Assembly: GCA_902796055.1 (NCBI GenBank)
Contig: CADBNM010000073.1
Span: forward strand, 1-47,404
Direction: 5' to 3'
Source: Oscillospiraceae bacterium
GTDB taxonomy: Bacteria; Bacillota; Clostridia; Oscillospirales; Acutalibacteraceae
Length of the DNA: 47,404 nucleotides
Shown here piece after piece: positions 1 through 7,768 of this stretch. The first letter of the stretch is position 1. Each line of letters begins with the position of its first letter. The notes beneath the pieces were generated by a model, which was given only the letters and a program-made list of their open reading frames with translations, had not been told where the DNA came from and made no database searches. A program made the position numbers and the translations under genes.

Positions 1-1
1 G

Positions 2-94
2 GTTATCATTAATGCTAACAACAGCGCTAACGAAGTTAATCTTGCAAAGACCATCTACTTCTATGCACAGGCTGCAGACCTCTATTTTAACTAA
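2..94 (+). CDS. C-terminal fragment of an upstream CDS (product not assignable)
   Basis: Frame open from the window edge to TAA at 92-94 (VIINANNSANEVNLAKTIYFYAQAADLYFN*). Only 30 codons are visible. Confidence 0.25.
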   Translation, partial: VIINANNSANEVNLAKTIYFYAQAADLYFN

Positions 95-119
95 TAGTAA
101 GTGAGGTAGATAGCAAACC

Positions 120-503
120 ATGAAAAAAATATTAATAGCGCTTATCCTTGTTGCTATTGTATTTTCGGTTTGCAGTTGTTCTAAAACCAAAAAGGGTGTC
201 TCGGTCACAACCGAGGCACCCTCTGCCACAGAAATACAGGAGCCGACCGTGACTTTCCCGAGTGACGACAAAACAACTACGGATAAGAACGCTTCCTCCT
301 CTAAAAACGGCAGCAAAGATAAAACCACTGCCGCAGCGAGCGACAGTAAGGATAAAAAGGACAGTAAATCCGAAAAGCAAAACAATAGTAATAAGAAATC
401 GGAGAGCGGCAAAACCACAACCGAAAAGCAAACAACTACAAAGAAGGTTGAAGTAAATACGCCGTCATCAAAAAACGAAACTCCGATTATCCCGATAGAC
501 TAA
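120..503 (+). CDS. small secreted lipoprotein, Ser/Thr/Lys-rich low-complexity
   Basis: N-terminal signal peptide MKKILIALILVAIVFSVCSC with a lipobox-like Cys. The remainder is T/S/K/D-rich with no recognisable domain. A GAGG lies ~13 nt upstream and a hairpin terminator follows. Confidence 0.6.
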   Translation: MKKILIALILVAIVFSVCSCSKTKKGVSVTTEAPSATEIQEPTVTFPSDDKTTTDKNASSSKNGSKDKTTAAASDSKDKKDSKSEKQNNSNKKSESGKTTTEKQTTTKKVEVNTPSSKNETPIIPID

Positions 504-535
504 AAAACCGAGATTTCTCTAATCTCGGTTTTTTG
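504..535 (+). terminator. Rho-independent terminator
   Basis: Stem aaccgagatt (506-515) / aatctcggtt (521-530), followed by a T-run. Confidence 0.75.
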
Positions 536-681
536 CGCTAAAATAAGGAAGATATATATTTGTTTGAATCCGTCTAACTCCCGTTATCTTCGTTAAAAAT
601 GCTCGAAAGGCGCGGTAATTCCGGCACTGTGCAACAAAACAATATGCTTAAAATGTTTACACTTTATTCAAACTTCTTCCA

Positions 682-710
682 TTGAATATTGAAGAACAAT
701 TTGCTATAAT
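682..710 (+). promoter_or_regulatory. sigma-A-type promoter for the 752 CDS
   Basis: TTGAAT (682-687), 17-nt spacer, TGcTATAAT (-10 at 705-710). Confidence 0.55.
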
Positions 711-751
711 AATATTGTAATAAAGATTATAATATAAAGGGAGTGATTCCG

Positions 752-1687
752 TTGAGAAAATTAATATGTGTAACAATGTGCGTTTTAATTTTGCTTTCGG
801 CTTTTTCGTGCATCTTTATTTCGGGTGCGGAAGGTTTCACAACTCCGATTATTAAGATAGGGGATAATACTGCTAACACCAAATCCGGCGCCGGCGAATT
901 TGAAACAGACCCTATACCCTTTGAAGGCGCGGAAGATATTTCTTCAGCAACGGTAAACGGCGTAAAGGCTAAATATTATACCGGCAAGAAGATTACCCAA
1001 AATGTAAGCGTTGTGCTCGGTGGCAAAACTCTTAAAGAGAATAACGAATATTCAGTTAGCTATAAAAATAATGTAAAAGTCGGAACTGCTGTTCTGACAA
1101 TTAGCGGCGAGGGAAAATGTTATGGAGTAATAACAAAGAAATTCCTTATAAATCTCTCTAAGCCTAAAGTTAAGGTGACTAACGGTACTTATAGCATTAA
1201 ACTCTCTTGGGCTAAAGTTCCTGGCGCAAAACAGTATGGCGTTTATCAGTACAATACGAAAACAGGTGAATATAAAGGAATAGCGACTACTTCCTCAACT
1301 TCATATCTTATTAAGAATAAAGCGGCAGGAACTTCTTACTATTTCCTTGTAAGAGCGATTAACGGCAATAATAAAAGCCCTTGTACTACTGCGGATAATG
1401 TAAAGGCACTCACCCTTTGCAAAGCGCCCGGTGTAAAAGCGGCAGTATCGGGCAAAACGGTGGTGCTCAAAATCACAAAGCCCATAGGCGCTAAATATTT
1501 TAGGGTGTATAAATATAATGCTTCCACAAAGAAGTATACGACCTTGGTAAGCAAAACAACAGCAACAAGCGTGAAATTGGCTTCTCAGCCAAAAGGCACA
1601 AATTATTATCTTGTAAGAGCATTTAATGCGAATAACGCAGGCAGCGCATTTACAACCAAAAACCTGACAAAAGCAATAGTGAAATAA
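752..1687 (+). CDS. secreted surface protein with an MBG-like Ig module and three Fn3-like repeats
   Basis: AAGGGAG SD at 738-744 sits 7 nt before TTG 752; the ORF-track GTG 743 overlaps the SD. Signal peptide RKLICVTMCVLILLSAFSCIFISGA. Module YYTGKK..YSVSYKNNVKVGTAVLTISGEGKCYG, then three repeats of the type SWAKVPGAKQYGVYQYN...YYFLVRA. Confidence 0.8.
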   Translation: MRKLICVTMCVLILLSAFSCIFISGAEGFTTPIIKIGDNTANTKSGAGEFETDPIPFEGAEDISSATVNGVKAKYYTGKKITQNVSVVLGGKTLKENNEYSVSYKNNVKVGTAVLTISGEGKCYGVITKKFLINLSKPKVKVTNGTYSIKLSWAKVPGAKQYGVYQYNTKTGEYKGIATTSSTSYLIKNKAAGTSYYFLVRAINGNNKSPCTTADNVKALTLCKAPGVKAAVSGKTVVLKITKPIGAKYFRVYKYNASTKKYTTLVSKTTATSVKLASQPKGTNYYLVRAFNANNAGSAFTTKNLTKAIVK

Positions 1688-1730
1688 AAAAAGAAGGCTT
1701 GAAGGGTGTCCCTTCAAGCCTTCTTTTTTG
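1688..1730. terminator. bidirectional Rho-independent terminator
   Basis: 15-bp stem agaaggcttgaaggg / cccttcaagccttct, flanked by an A-run (left) and a T-run (right). It serves the 752 CDS (+) and copA (-). Confidence 0.85.
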
Positions 1731-1885
1731 TAGCGGCGGGATTGTCGTAAAATCGGGTGCGGGTGGCCCGCCCTTAACTTGCACCAACGGTGCAAACATC
1801 ATTTGCGATTTATCGCAAGCATCACTGCGTATGCAACATCACTTGCCGAAGGCAAACATCACTTGTAAAGTGTCCTCACTTTACA
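1731..1885 (+). repeat. hairpin-array repeat family, copy A (core plus five mini-hairpins with AACATCAYT linkers)
   Basis: Core AAAATCGGGTGcgggtggcccgCCCTTAACTT (1749-1780). Hairpins at 1780-1794, 1804-1817, 1826-1835, 1844-1854 and 1864-1885 are separated by AACATCATT / AGCATCAC / ACATCACT / AACATCACT. Positions 1835-1863 are 28/29 identical to 12655-12683. Confidence 0.8.
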
Positions 1886-4383
1886 ACCTCATATCCTGCT
1901 TGCACAATCGCTTTTTCAAGCACAGCCCTATCAACCTCTGCCGAAAGTGCGATTTTAACTTCATCCGCTTCGTGGTCGGGCGCCGCGTTTTCAACACCCG
2001 CTACTTCTTCAAGCGCCGCTTTAACTCTTGCCTCGCAATGAGCGCACATCATACCGTTAACTTTAATTGTGATTTCTTTCATTTTTTTATCCTCCATTGT
2101 CGGTTCTTTAATAATAACCGATTTTATTTTTTTGTCCCTTTTCGGGTTGTGGATGTTTATAAGATTAAGCCTGAGCGCATTCATTACAACGCAAAAACTG
2201 GAGAGGCTCATCGCCGCCGCCGCAATAATAGGCGAAATGCTGATGCCGAACGGCACAATCAGCGCGCCTGCTGCAAAGGGTATGCAAATAATATTGTAGA
2301 AAAATGCCCAGAAAAGGTTTTGCTTAATGTTCCTGTAACTCGCTCTGCCAAGGCGTATTGCCGCGGGAACATCTTGCAGTTCGTTTTTAATAAGCACAAT
2401 GTCCGCCGCGTCAATCGCAACATCCGTGCCGGCACCTACGGCAATTCCCAAATGTGCTTCGGTGAGCGCGGGAGCGTCGTTGATGCCGTCGCCGACCATA
2501 GCCACCTTGCCGTAATGCATATATTCTTTTATAACTCTTGCCTTGTCGTTCGGCATAACCTCGGCTATTACCTTATCTACGCCGATTTTTTCGGCTATTG
2601 CCTCAGCCGTCGTCCTGTTGTCGCCGGTAAGCATAACGGTGTAAATGCCCATATTTTTAAGTTCGCTTATTGCTTTTTCAGAGTCCTCTTTAGGCGTGTC
2701 CGCGCATCCGATTATTCCCGCACATTTTCCGCCGAGTGCAAAGTATATCGGCGTTTTGCCTTCGCCCGCAAGCCTTTCGCCCTCGGCTTTAAGGGCGTTC
2801 GGAACAGGGGAGTAGTCAGAAACAAATCTTTCGTTTCCGCAAGCAACAGTTCTCTTGCCGATTTCTCCGCTTATTCCGCCTCCCGCAAAGGTTTTATAAT
2901 CGGATATATTGTAAAGCCCCGTATTAAGCTCCTTCGCCTTTTGCACAATTGCTTTCCCGAGCGGATGTTCGCTCTTTGCTTCTGCAGAGTAGGCGAGCCT
3001 GAGCAGGCTTTGCTCGTCAATGCCCTCAGCGCAGATGATGTCAGTTACAACGGGTGTGCCGTTTGTTAGAGTGCCTGTTTTGTCCAGCACTGCAATTTCT
3101 GTTTTGCCCGCCTGTTCCAAGGCTTCGGCAGTTTTAAAAAGTATGCCGTTTTTTGCGCCTATGCCGTTTCCGACTGTTATCGCAACAGGCGTTGCAAGCC
3201 CAAGCGAGCAGGGGCAACTGATAACAAGCACCGAGACCGCTCTTGCAAGCGCAAAGGGAATATCCTTGCCGAGCGCAAGCCAAATTATCGCCGTGATAAC
3301 GGCAACCGCGATTACCGTCGGCACGAATATTCCTGCAACCTTATCCGCAATTTTCGCAATAGGCGCCTTTGTAGCGGCGGCGTTTTCAACCGTTTTAATT
3401 ATTTCTGCAAGACTTGTGTCGTCGCCAACATTTTCCGCTTCGCACTTTAAATATCCGGATTTTACAATCGTCGCCGCCCACACTCTGTCGCCGTTTTCTT
3501 TCTCGGCGGGTATGCTTTCTCCTGTGAGCACCGCCTCGTCAACCGCGCCCGAGCCTTCGGTAATAACGGCGTCCGCAGGCACCTTTTGCCCTGCCTTAAG
3601 TATAAATATATCGCCTTTTCTCAAATCCTCGGCAGGTATCTCGCATTCCTCGCCGTCCTTTAAAACGATAGCTGTTTCGGGCTTTAGCTTAATGAGCGAT
3701 TTTAAGGCGCTTGTGGTTTTGCCCTTGCTTCTTGCCTCTAATAATTTACCTACGCTTATGAGCGTTAGAATCATCGCCGCCGATTCAAAGTATAGCTGCT
3801 TCGAGTATTCGCTTACTGCGGCAAAATCAAAGTGAGTTTGGCAGTAACTCATCATAAACAGCACATATACGCTCCACAAGAACGATACCGCCGAGCCGAG
3901 CGATACGAGAGTATCCATATTCGGTGAGCGGTGAAGCAGGCTTTTTGTGCCGCTTACAAAGAATTTGCCGTTTATTATCATTATAGCCGCGCTGAGTATC
4001 ATTTGAACAAGCGTAAGACCTATAAGGTTTTCCTGTAAAAAGAGCGGTACGGGCAACTCGAACATCATATGTCCCATCGAAAAATACATCAGCGCAAGCA
4101 GGATTATAACCGAAGCGACAAGCCTTTTTGCGATTTTCGGCGTTTCGTTGTCCTTCAAAAGCGTATCGTAGCTTTCGCTTTTTTTGCCCTTTAGCGATGC
4201 GCCGTAGCCCGCCTTTTCAACGGCTGCAATTATTTTTTTCTCATCTGCGTTGCCTTCAACCGTCATTGAATTTGTCAGCAGGCTTACCGCACAGCTGTTG
4301 ACGCCTTCAACCGAGTTTACCGCTTTTTCAACTGCGGCGGAGCAGGCGGCGCAACTCATTCCCGTAACAAAGTAGTTTTGCAT
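1876..4383 (-). CDS. copA: copper-translocating P1B-type ATPase with N-terminal HMA and an in-frame C-terminal CopZ-like HMA domain
   Basis: Motifs GMSCAACS (N-terminal HMA), CPC (VISCPCSLGLATP), DKTGTLT, GDGINDAP and C-terminal GMMCAHCE. Start set to ATG 4383 (MQNYFVTGMSCAAC) with GGAGAG SD; the longer ORF-track start at 4473 would overlap csoR. Confidence 0.95.
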   Translation of the reverse strand: MQNYFVTGMSCAACSAAVEKAVNSVEGVNSCAVSLLTNSMTVEGNADEKKIIAAVEKAGYGASLKGKKSESYDTLLKDNETPKIAKRLVASVIILLALMYFSMGHMMFELPVPLFLQENLIGLTLVQMILSAAIMIINGKFFVSGTKSLLHRSPNMDTLVSLGSAVSFLWSVYVLFMMSYCQTHFDFAAVSEYSKQLYFESAAMILTLISVGKLLEARSKGKTTSALKSLIKLKPETAIVLKDGEECEIPAEDLRKGDIFILKAGQKVPADAVITEGSGAVDEAVLTGESIPAEKENGDRVWAATIVKSGYLKCEAENVGDDTSLAEIIKTVENAAATKAPIAKIADKVAGIFVPTVIAVAVITAIIWLALGKDIPFALARAVSVLVISCPCSLGLATPVAITVGNGIGAKNGILFKTAEALEQAGKTEIAVLDKTGTLTNGTPVVTDIICAEGIDEQSLLRLAYSAEAKSEHPLGKAIVQKAKELNTGLYNISDYKTFAGGGISGEIGKRTVACGNERFVSDYSPVPNALKAEGERLAGEGKTPIYFALGGKCAGIIGCADTPKEDSEKAISELKNMGIYTVMLTGDNRTTAEAIAEKIGVDKVIAEVMPNDKARVIKEYMHYGKVAMVGDGINDAPALTEAHLGIAVGAGTDVAIDAADIVLIKNELQDVPAAIRLGRASYRNIKQNLFWAFFYNIICIPFAAGALIVPFGISISPIIAAAAMSLSSFCVVMNALRLNLINIHNPKRDKKIKSVIIKEPTMEDKKMKEITIKVNGMMCAHCEARVKAALEEVAGVENAAPDHEADEVKIALSAEVDRAVLEKAIVQAGYEVVK

Positions 4384-4391
4384 ATTCTCTC

Positions 4392-4700
4392 CTATCTCAT
4401 CAGTTTCATCATAGTTTCGCAAAGCTCGTCTATAACCTCGTCCTTGCCTTCCCTTATGTCCCTTGCAACGCAAGAGTGAATATGAGAATTAAGCAGCGTT
4501 TTGTTAAATGAATGAATAGCGGAATTTACTGCTGCCGATTGAATTAGTACATCGTTGCAATAAGCGTCGCTTTCAATCATTTTCTTAATTCCTCTTATTT
4601 GACCTTCAATTCTGTTGAGTCGGTTTATTAGCTTTTTCTTTTGTTCTTCGCTTCGCTGCGTGCTTTTTCCCTCACAGCAACATTCGCATTTTTTCTCCAT
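4392..4700 (-). CDS. csoR: CsoR-family copper-sensing transcriptional repressor
   Basis: RLNRIEGQIRGIKKMIE..YC.DVLIQ..AV..A, the typical CsoR/RcnR (DUF156) pattern with Cys/His/Cys ligand positions. Lies directly upstream of copA. Confidence 0.9.
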   Translation of the reverse strand: MEKKCECCCEGKSTQRSEEQKKKLINRLNRIEGQIRGIKKMIESDAYCNDVLIQSAAVNSAIHSFNKTLLNSHIHSCVARDIREGKDEVIDELCETMMKLMR

Positions 4701-4716
4701 TCGCTTTTCCTTTCAT

Positions 4717-4776
4717 ATACTCCCATAGGGTATTTTTCGTTTATATTATTATATACCCCTACGGAGTATTTTTCAA
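4717..4776 (-). promoter_or_regulatory. csoR-copA promoter with two CsoR-type operators
   Basis: Minus strand: TTGAAA (4776-4771), 17-nt spacer, TATAAT (4753-4748). GC-tract inverted repeats ATACCCCTACGGAGTAT (4753-4769, filling the spacer) and ATACTCCCATAGGGTAT (4717-4733, between the -10 and the SD). Confidence 0.7.
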
Positions 4777-4794
4777 GCCCCAAAATTAATTTTG

Positions 4795-4823
4795 TTGAAT
4801 TTGCCTTTTAAATATTATATAAT
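4795..4823 (+). promoter_or_regulatory. sigma-A-type promoter for the 4853 CDS
   Basis: TTGAAT (4795-4800), 17-nt spacer, TATAAT (4818-4823). GGAGG SD at 4843-4847. Confidence 0.6.
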
Positions 4824-4852
4824 GATAGTATATAAACATTTAGGAGGTAAAT

Positions 4853-6364
4853 ATGGATAAGAAAACCGTTTTGCTCACAGGTGCTTCGGGCACTATGGGC
4901 TGGGAAGGCTTTAAGCAGCTTTACCGCAGAAGAAATAAGTTTCATATTGTTCTTTTGCTTAGGGAAAGCCCGAAAAATCTTATTAAGTTTAAAAGATTTT
5001 TAGATGACCCTAATGTAACAATAGTATGGGGCGATTTAACCGATTATAATTCGGTTTTGGAAGCCGTAAGCGGCGCCGATTATATCCTTCATGTTGGAGG
5101 TATGGTTTCTCCCGCAGCCGACTATTATCCCAAGAAAACAATTTATACAAATGTTACCGCTGCCGAGAATATCGTTAAAGCGGTAAAGGCTCAAAAAGAC
5201 CCCGATGCCGTTAAGGTTGTATATATCGGCACCGTTGCCGAAACAGGCGACAGAAATCCGCCTATACACTGGGGTAGAACGGGCGACCCGATTAAAATCA
5301 GCGTCTATGACCACTATGCGATTTCGAAGGTTAAGGCTGAGGCTGTTTTCGCCGAGTCAGGACTTAAATATTGGGTGTCGCTCAGGCAAACGGGTATTCT
5401 TTATCCTGAAATACTTAAAAATATGGATCCGATTATGTTCCATGTGCCGATTAACGGCGTGCTCGAATGGGCTACGGTTGAAGACTCGGGCAGACTGCTT
5501 GCAAATGTTTGTGATTATGATTTGCCGGAAGACTTTTGGCGCGGTTTCTATAATATCGGTTCCGGCGCTTCTTACAGACTTACCAACTTTGAGTTTGAAG
5601 AGTATCTTTTGGGCGCTCTCGGACTTCCGAGCACTAAAAAGTTATTTGAAGCTAATTGGTTCATTCTCAGGAACTTCCACGGTCAGTGGTACACCGATTC
5701 CGATAAACTTGAAGAGTATCTCCATTTCAGATACAATGTGCCTGTTGACAAGTATTTTGAAAACCTTGCTAAGCAGGTTCCCGCTTATTACAGAGCCTGC
5801 CTTGCGCTGCCTAAGTTTATGGCAAACGCCGTAGCGGCAGCAGCAAAACCGTTTATGAAGAAAATCGCTCAAACCGAAATTTACGGTACGCTTAACTGGC
5901 GATTGAAGAAAAATCGTGACAGAATTACCGCTTATTACGGCTCCGTTAAAAACTGGAAGGGCATAGGCACTTGGGAAACCTTCAAGGTTGAAAGACCGAG
6001 CGAAACTCCCACTTATCTTGACCACGGTTACGATGAGGCTAAGCCTATTGAAGAACTCGATATTGAAGATATGAAGAAAGCGGCGAAATTCCGCGGTGGC
6101 GAGTGCGTATCCAAGGTTATGGTTAAAGGTGATATCTATACGCCTCTCGTTTGGAAGAGCGCAAGAGGTAATGTCTTTGAAATGTCGCCGAACCTCGTTC
6201 TTAAAGGCGGTCACTGGTGTCCCGAGGAACTTCCTTGGCCGTGGGATTATGATACCGAGGCTAAGATTAATCCGTTCTTCGCTCAGGTTTGGTATCCGCT
6301 TCACGATAAGAACGAAAATAACTTCTACGATGAGAGAATATTTAAAGGATTTGAGGACTTTTAA
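4853..6364 (+). CDS. NAD(P)-dependent epimerase/dehydratase-fold (extended SDR) protein with a ~190-aa C-terminal extension
   Basis: Rossmann motif LLTGASGTMG and SDR-like YAISK. The C-terminal part (KFRGGECVS...GGHWCPEELPWPWDYD) is not assignable by eye. Confidence 0.8.
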   Translation: MDKKTVLLTGASGTMGWEGFKQLYRRRNKFHIVLLLRESPKNLIKFKRFLDDPNVTIVWGDLTDYNSVLEAVSGADYILHVGGMVSPAADYYPKKTIYTNVTAAENIVKAVKAQKDPDAVKVVYIGTVAETGDRNPPIHWGRTGDPIKISVYDHYAISKVKAEAVFAESGLKYWVSLRQTGILYPEILKNMDPIMFHVPINGVLEWATVEDSGRLLANVCDYDLPEDFWRGFYNIGSGASYRLTNFEFEEYLLGALGLPSTKKLFEANWFILRNFHGQWYTDSDKLEEYLHFRYNVPVDKYFENLAKQVPAYYRACLALPKFMANAVAAAAKPFMKKIAQTEIYGTLNWRLKKNRDRITAYYGSVKNWKGIGTWETFKVERPSETPTYLDHGYDEAKPIEELDIEDMKKAAKFRGGECVSKVMVKGDIYTPLVWKSARGNVFEMSPNLVLKGGHWCPEELPWPWDYDTEAKINPFFAQVWYPLHDKNENNFYDERIFKGFEDF

Positions 6365-6366
6365 TT

Positions 6367-7389
6367 ATGAAGGTGTTTATGATAGGCGGCACAGGTCTTT
6401 TAGGCTGCGAGGCTGCAAGAATATTTATTGAAAAAGGGCATCAGGTAAAGAGCGTTGCATTACCTCCGCTTCCCGAAGGTGCTCCTATTCCCGAAGAAAT
6501 GGAAATAATCTTCGGCGATATTAATAAGAAGAGCGACGATGAAATTTTATCAATGCTTGAAGGGTGCGACAGTTTTGTTTTTGCCGCAGGCGTTGACGAA
6601 AGAGTTGAATTTCCCGCGCCCGTTTACGATTATTACTATAAGTATAATATTGCTCCGCTTGAGAGAATTTTGCCTCTTTGCAAAAAGGCAGGACTTAAAA
6701 ATGCGGTTGTTTTAGGCTCTTATTTCTCCTATCTTTCCAAAAAAAAGCCTGAAATGGGCTTGCTTGAAAGAAATCCTTATTTCAAGAGCCGTATTGAGCA
6801 GGAAAAGGTTTGCGAGTCTTTTTGCGATGATACTTTCTCGGCAACCGTGCTCGAACTTCCTTATATCTTCGGCACTCAAAAGGGCAGAAGACCTGTTTGG
6901 GTAGTGCTTATTGAGCAAATTGCGGGTATGGATAAATTGCCCTTTACCCTCTATCCGAAGGGCGGCACGGCTATGCTTACAGTCCGTCAGGTAGGACAGG
7001 TAATTGTAGGCGCCGCAGAGCAGACAGGCAAGGGCTTCCAAGCAATTCCAATCGGTATGTATAATATGAATTGGAAAAAGTTTCTTTCCATCGTTTACGA
7101 TGCAAGAGGAATGGGCAAGGACAGAAAGATTATCGGCGTTCCGCCTTGGATGATGCGTATGGGTATGTCGGGCATTATTAAAGACTATGAAGAGCGCGGC
7201 ATTGAAAGCGGTATGGATCCGCTTCAGCTTCCGGATATTATGGATATTAATCTTTTTATTCCGCCGAAATATGCTAAAAGTCTCGGTGCCACCGAGGACG
7301 ATATTGAAGCGGCAATCTTCGACTCAATTAAACTGAGCGAGGAGGCATATAAAGGCACAGCCGAGCTTCTTGATATGAAAGGCGAATGA
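6367..7389 (+). CDS. NAD(P)-dependent epimerase/dehydratase-fold protein
   Basis: MKVFMIGGTGLLGCEAARIFIEKGHQV Rossmann N-terminus. Starts 2 nt after the previous stop, so a likely operon. Confidence 0.8.
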   Translation: MKVFMIGGTGLLGCEAARIFIEKGHQVKSVALPPLPEGAPIPEEMEIIFGDINKKSDDEILSMLEGCDSFVFAAGVDERVEFPAPVYDYYYKYNIAPLERILPLCKKAGLKNAVVLGSYFSYLSKKKPEMGLLERNPYFKSRIEQEKVCESFCDDTFSATVLELPYIFGTQKGRRPVWVVLIEQIAGMDKLPFTLYPKGGTAMLTVRQVGQVIVGAAEQTGKGFQAIPIGMYNMNWKKFLSIVYDARGMGKDRKIIGVPPWMMRMGMSGIIKDYEERGIESGMDPLQLPDIMDINLFIPPKYAKSLGATEDDIEAAIFDSIKLSEEAYKGTAELLDMKGE

Positions 7390-7390
7390 T

Positions 7391-7428
7391 AAAAAACAAA
7401 GGGTGTCTCGGACACCCTTTATTTTTTA
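7391..7428. terminator. bidirectional Rho-independent terminator
   Basis: Stem aaagggtgtc / gacacccttt, with an A-run before and a T-run after. Confidence 0.85.
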
Positions 7429-7430
7429 AA

Positions 7431-7665
7431 CTAAGTCGCTTCGCTAATGAAGTTGCCTTTCGGGCTAATTGAGGGCGGGACCCTTGACGAGGGTCGTCCC
7501 TTTTGTCCGCCTGTAGCGACATTTCCCCACACTGTGGGGAATAACCCGCACCCGTTCCGTTCCGCTCTATCAGAAAAAGCGTGGGGACGGTTCTTTCGCT
7601 TTTGCGCATCGGCGGGGAGTTCCTTATCAATCGCAGGGACGGTTGCTTTATTGAATGTGTTTTTA
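7431..7665 (-). repeat. hairpin-array repeat family, copy C (inverted orientation, expanded core)
   Basis: The reverse complement reads GCGGAACGGAACGGGTGCGGG...[~60-nt insert with hairpins ccccacagtgtgggg and gggacgaccctcgtcaagggtccc]...CCCGCCCTCAATTA gcccgaaaggc AACTTCATT agcgaagcgac, and then runs into the 7391-7428 terminator. No credible ORF. Confidence 0.65.
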
Positions 7666-7702
7666 TTAATTGCACCGTTTATTTTTAATTCTCAACTTGC
7701 TA

Positions 7703-7731
7703 TTGAAAAAAATCTTTATAAATTATATAAT
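7703..7731 (+). promoter_or_regulatory. sigma-A-type promoter for the GH3 gene
   Basis: TTGAAA (7703-7708), 17-nt spacer, TATAAT (7726-7731). Confidence 0.55.
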
Positions 7732-7768
7732 AAATATGTATAATTCTTTTTCCCGAAAGGAGAACACA

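Noticed and set aside
1699-3069. 456-aa + strand ORF, together with 3020-3835 +, 2069-2299 + and 1790-2041 +
   Set aside because: These ORFs are antisense shadows of copA. They have odd, Arg/Cys/Phe-rich composition and no SD, and the copA frame carries unmistakable P-type ATPase motifs.
4384-4473. N-terminal 30-codon extension of copA in the ORF track (MRCKGHKGRQGRGY...)
   Set aside because: The extension overlaps the csoR coding end. ATG 4383 has a proper SD and begins exactly at the HMA domain.
5205-6431. Overlapping ORFs 5205-5834 +, 5642-6304 -, 6096-6431 + and 5036-5314 -
   Set aside because: These are alternative-frame or antisense ORFs inside the well-supported SDR gene, with no start signals.
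7328-7743. ORFs 7328-7675 (-) and 7447-7743 (+) across the GC-rich intergenic element
   Set aside because: Neither has an SD, both are Pro/Arg/Gly-rich translations of hairpin DNA, and the region aligns with the non-coding repeat copies A and B.
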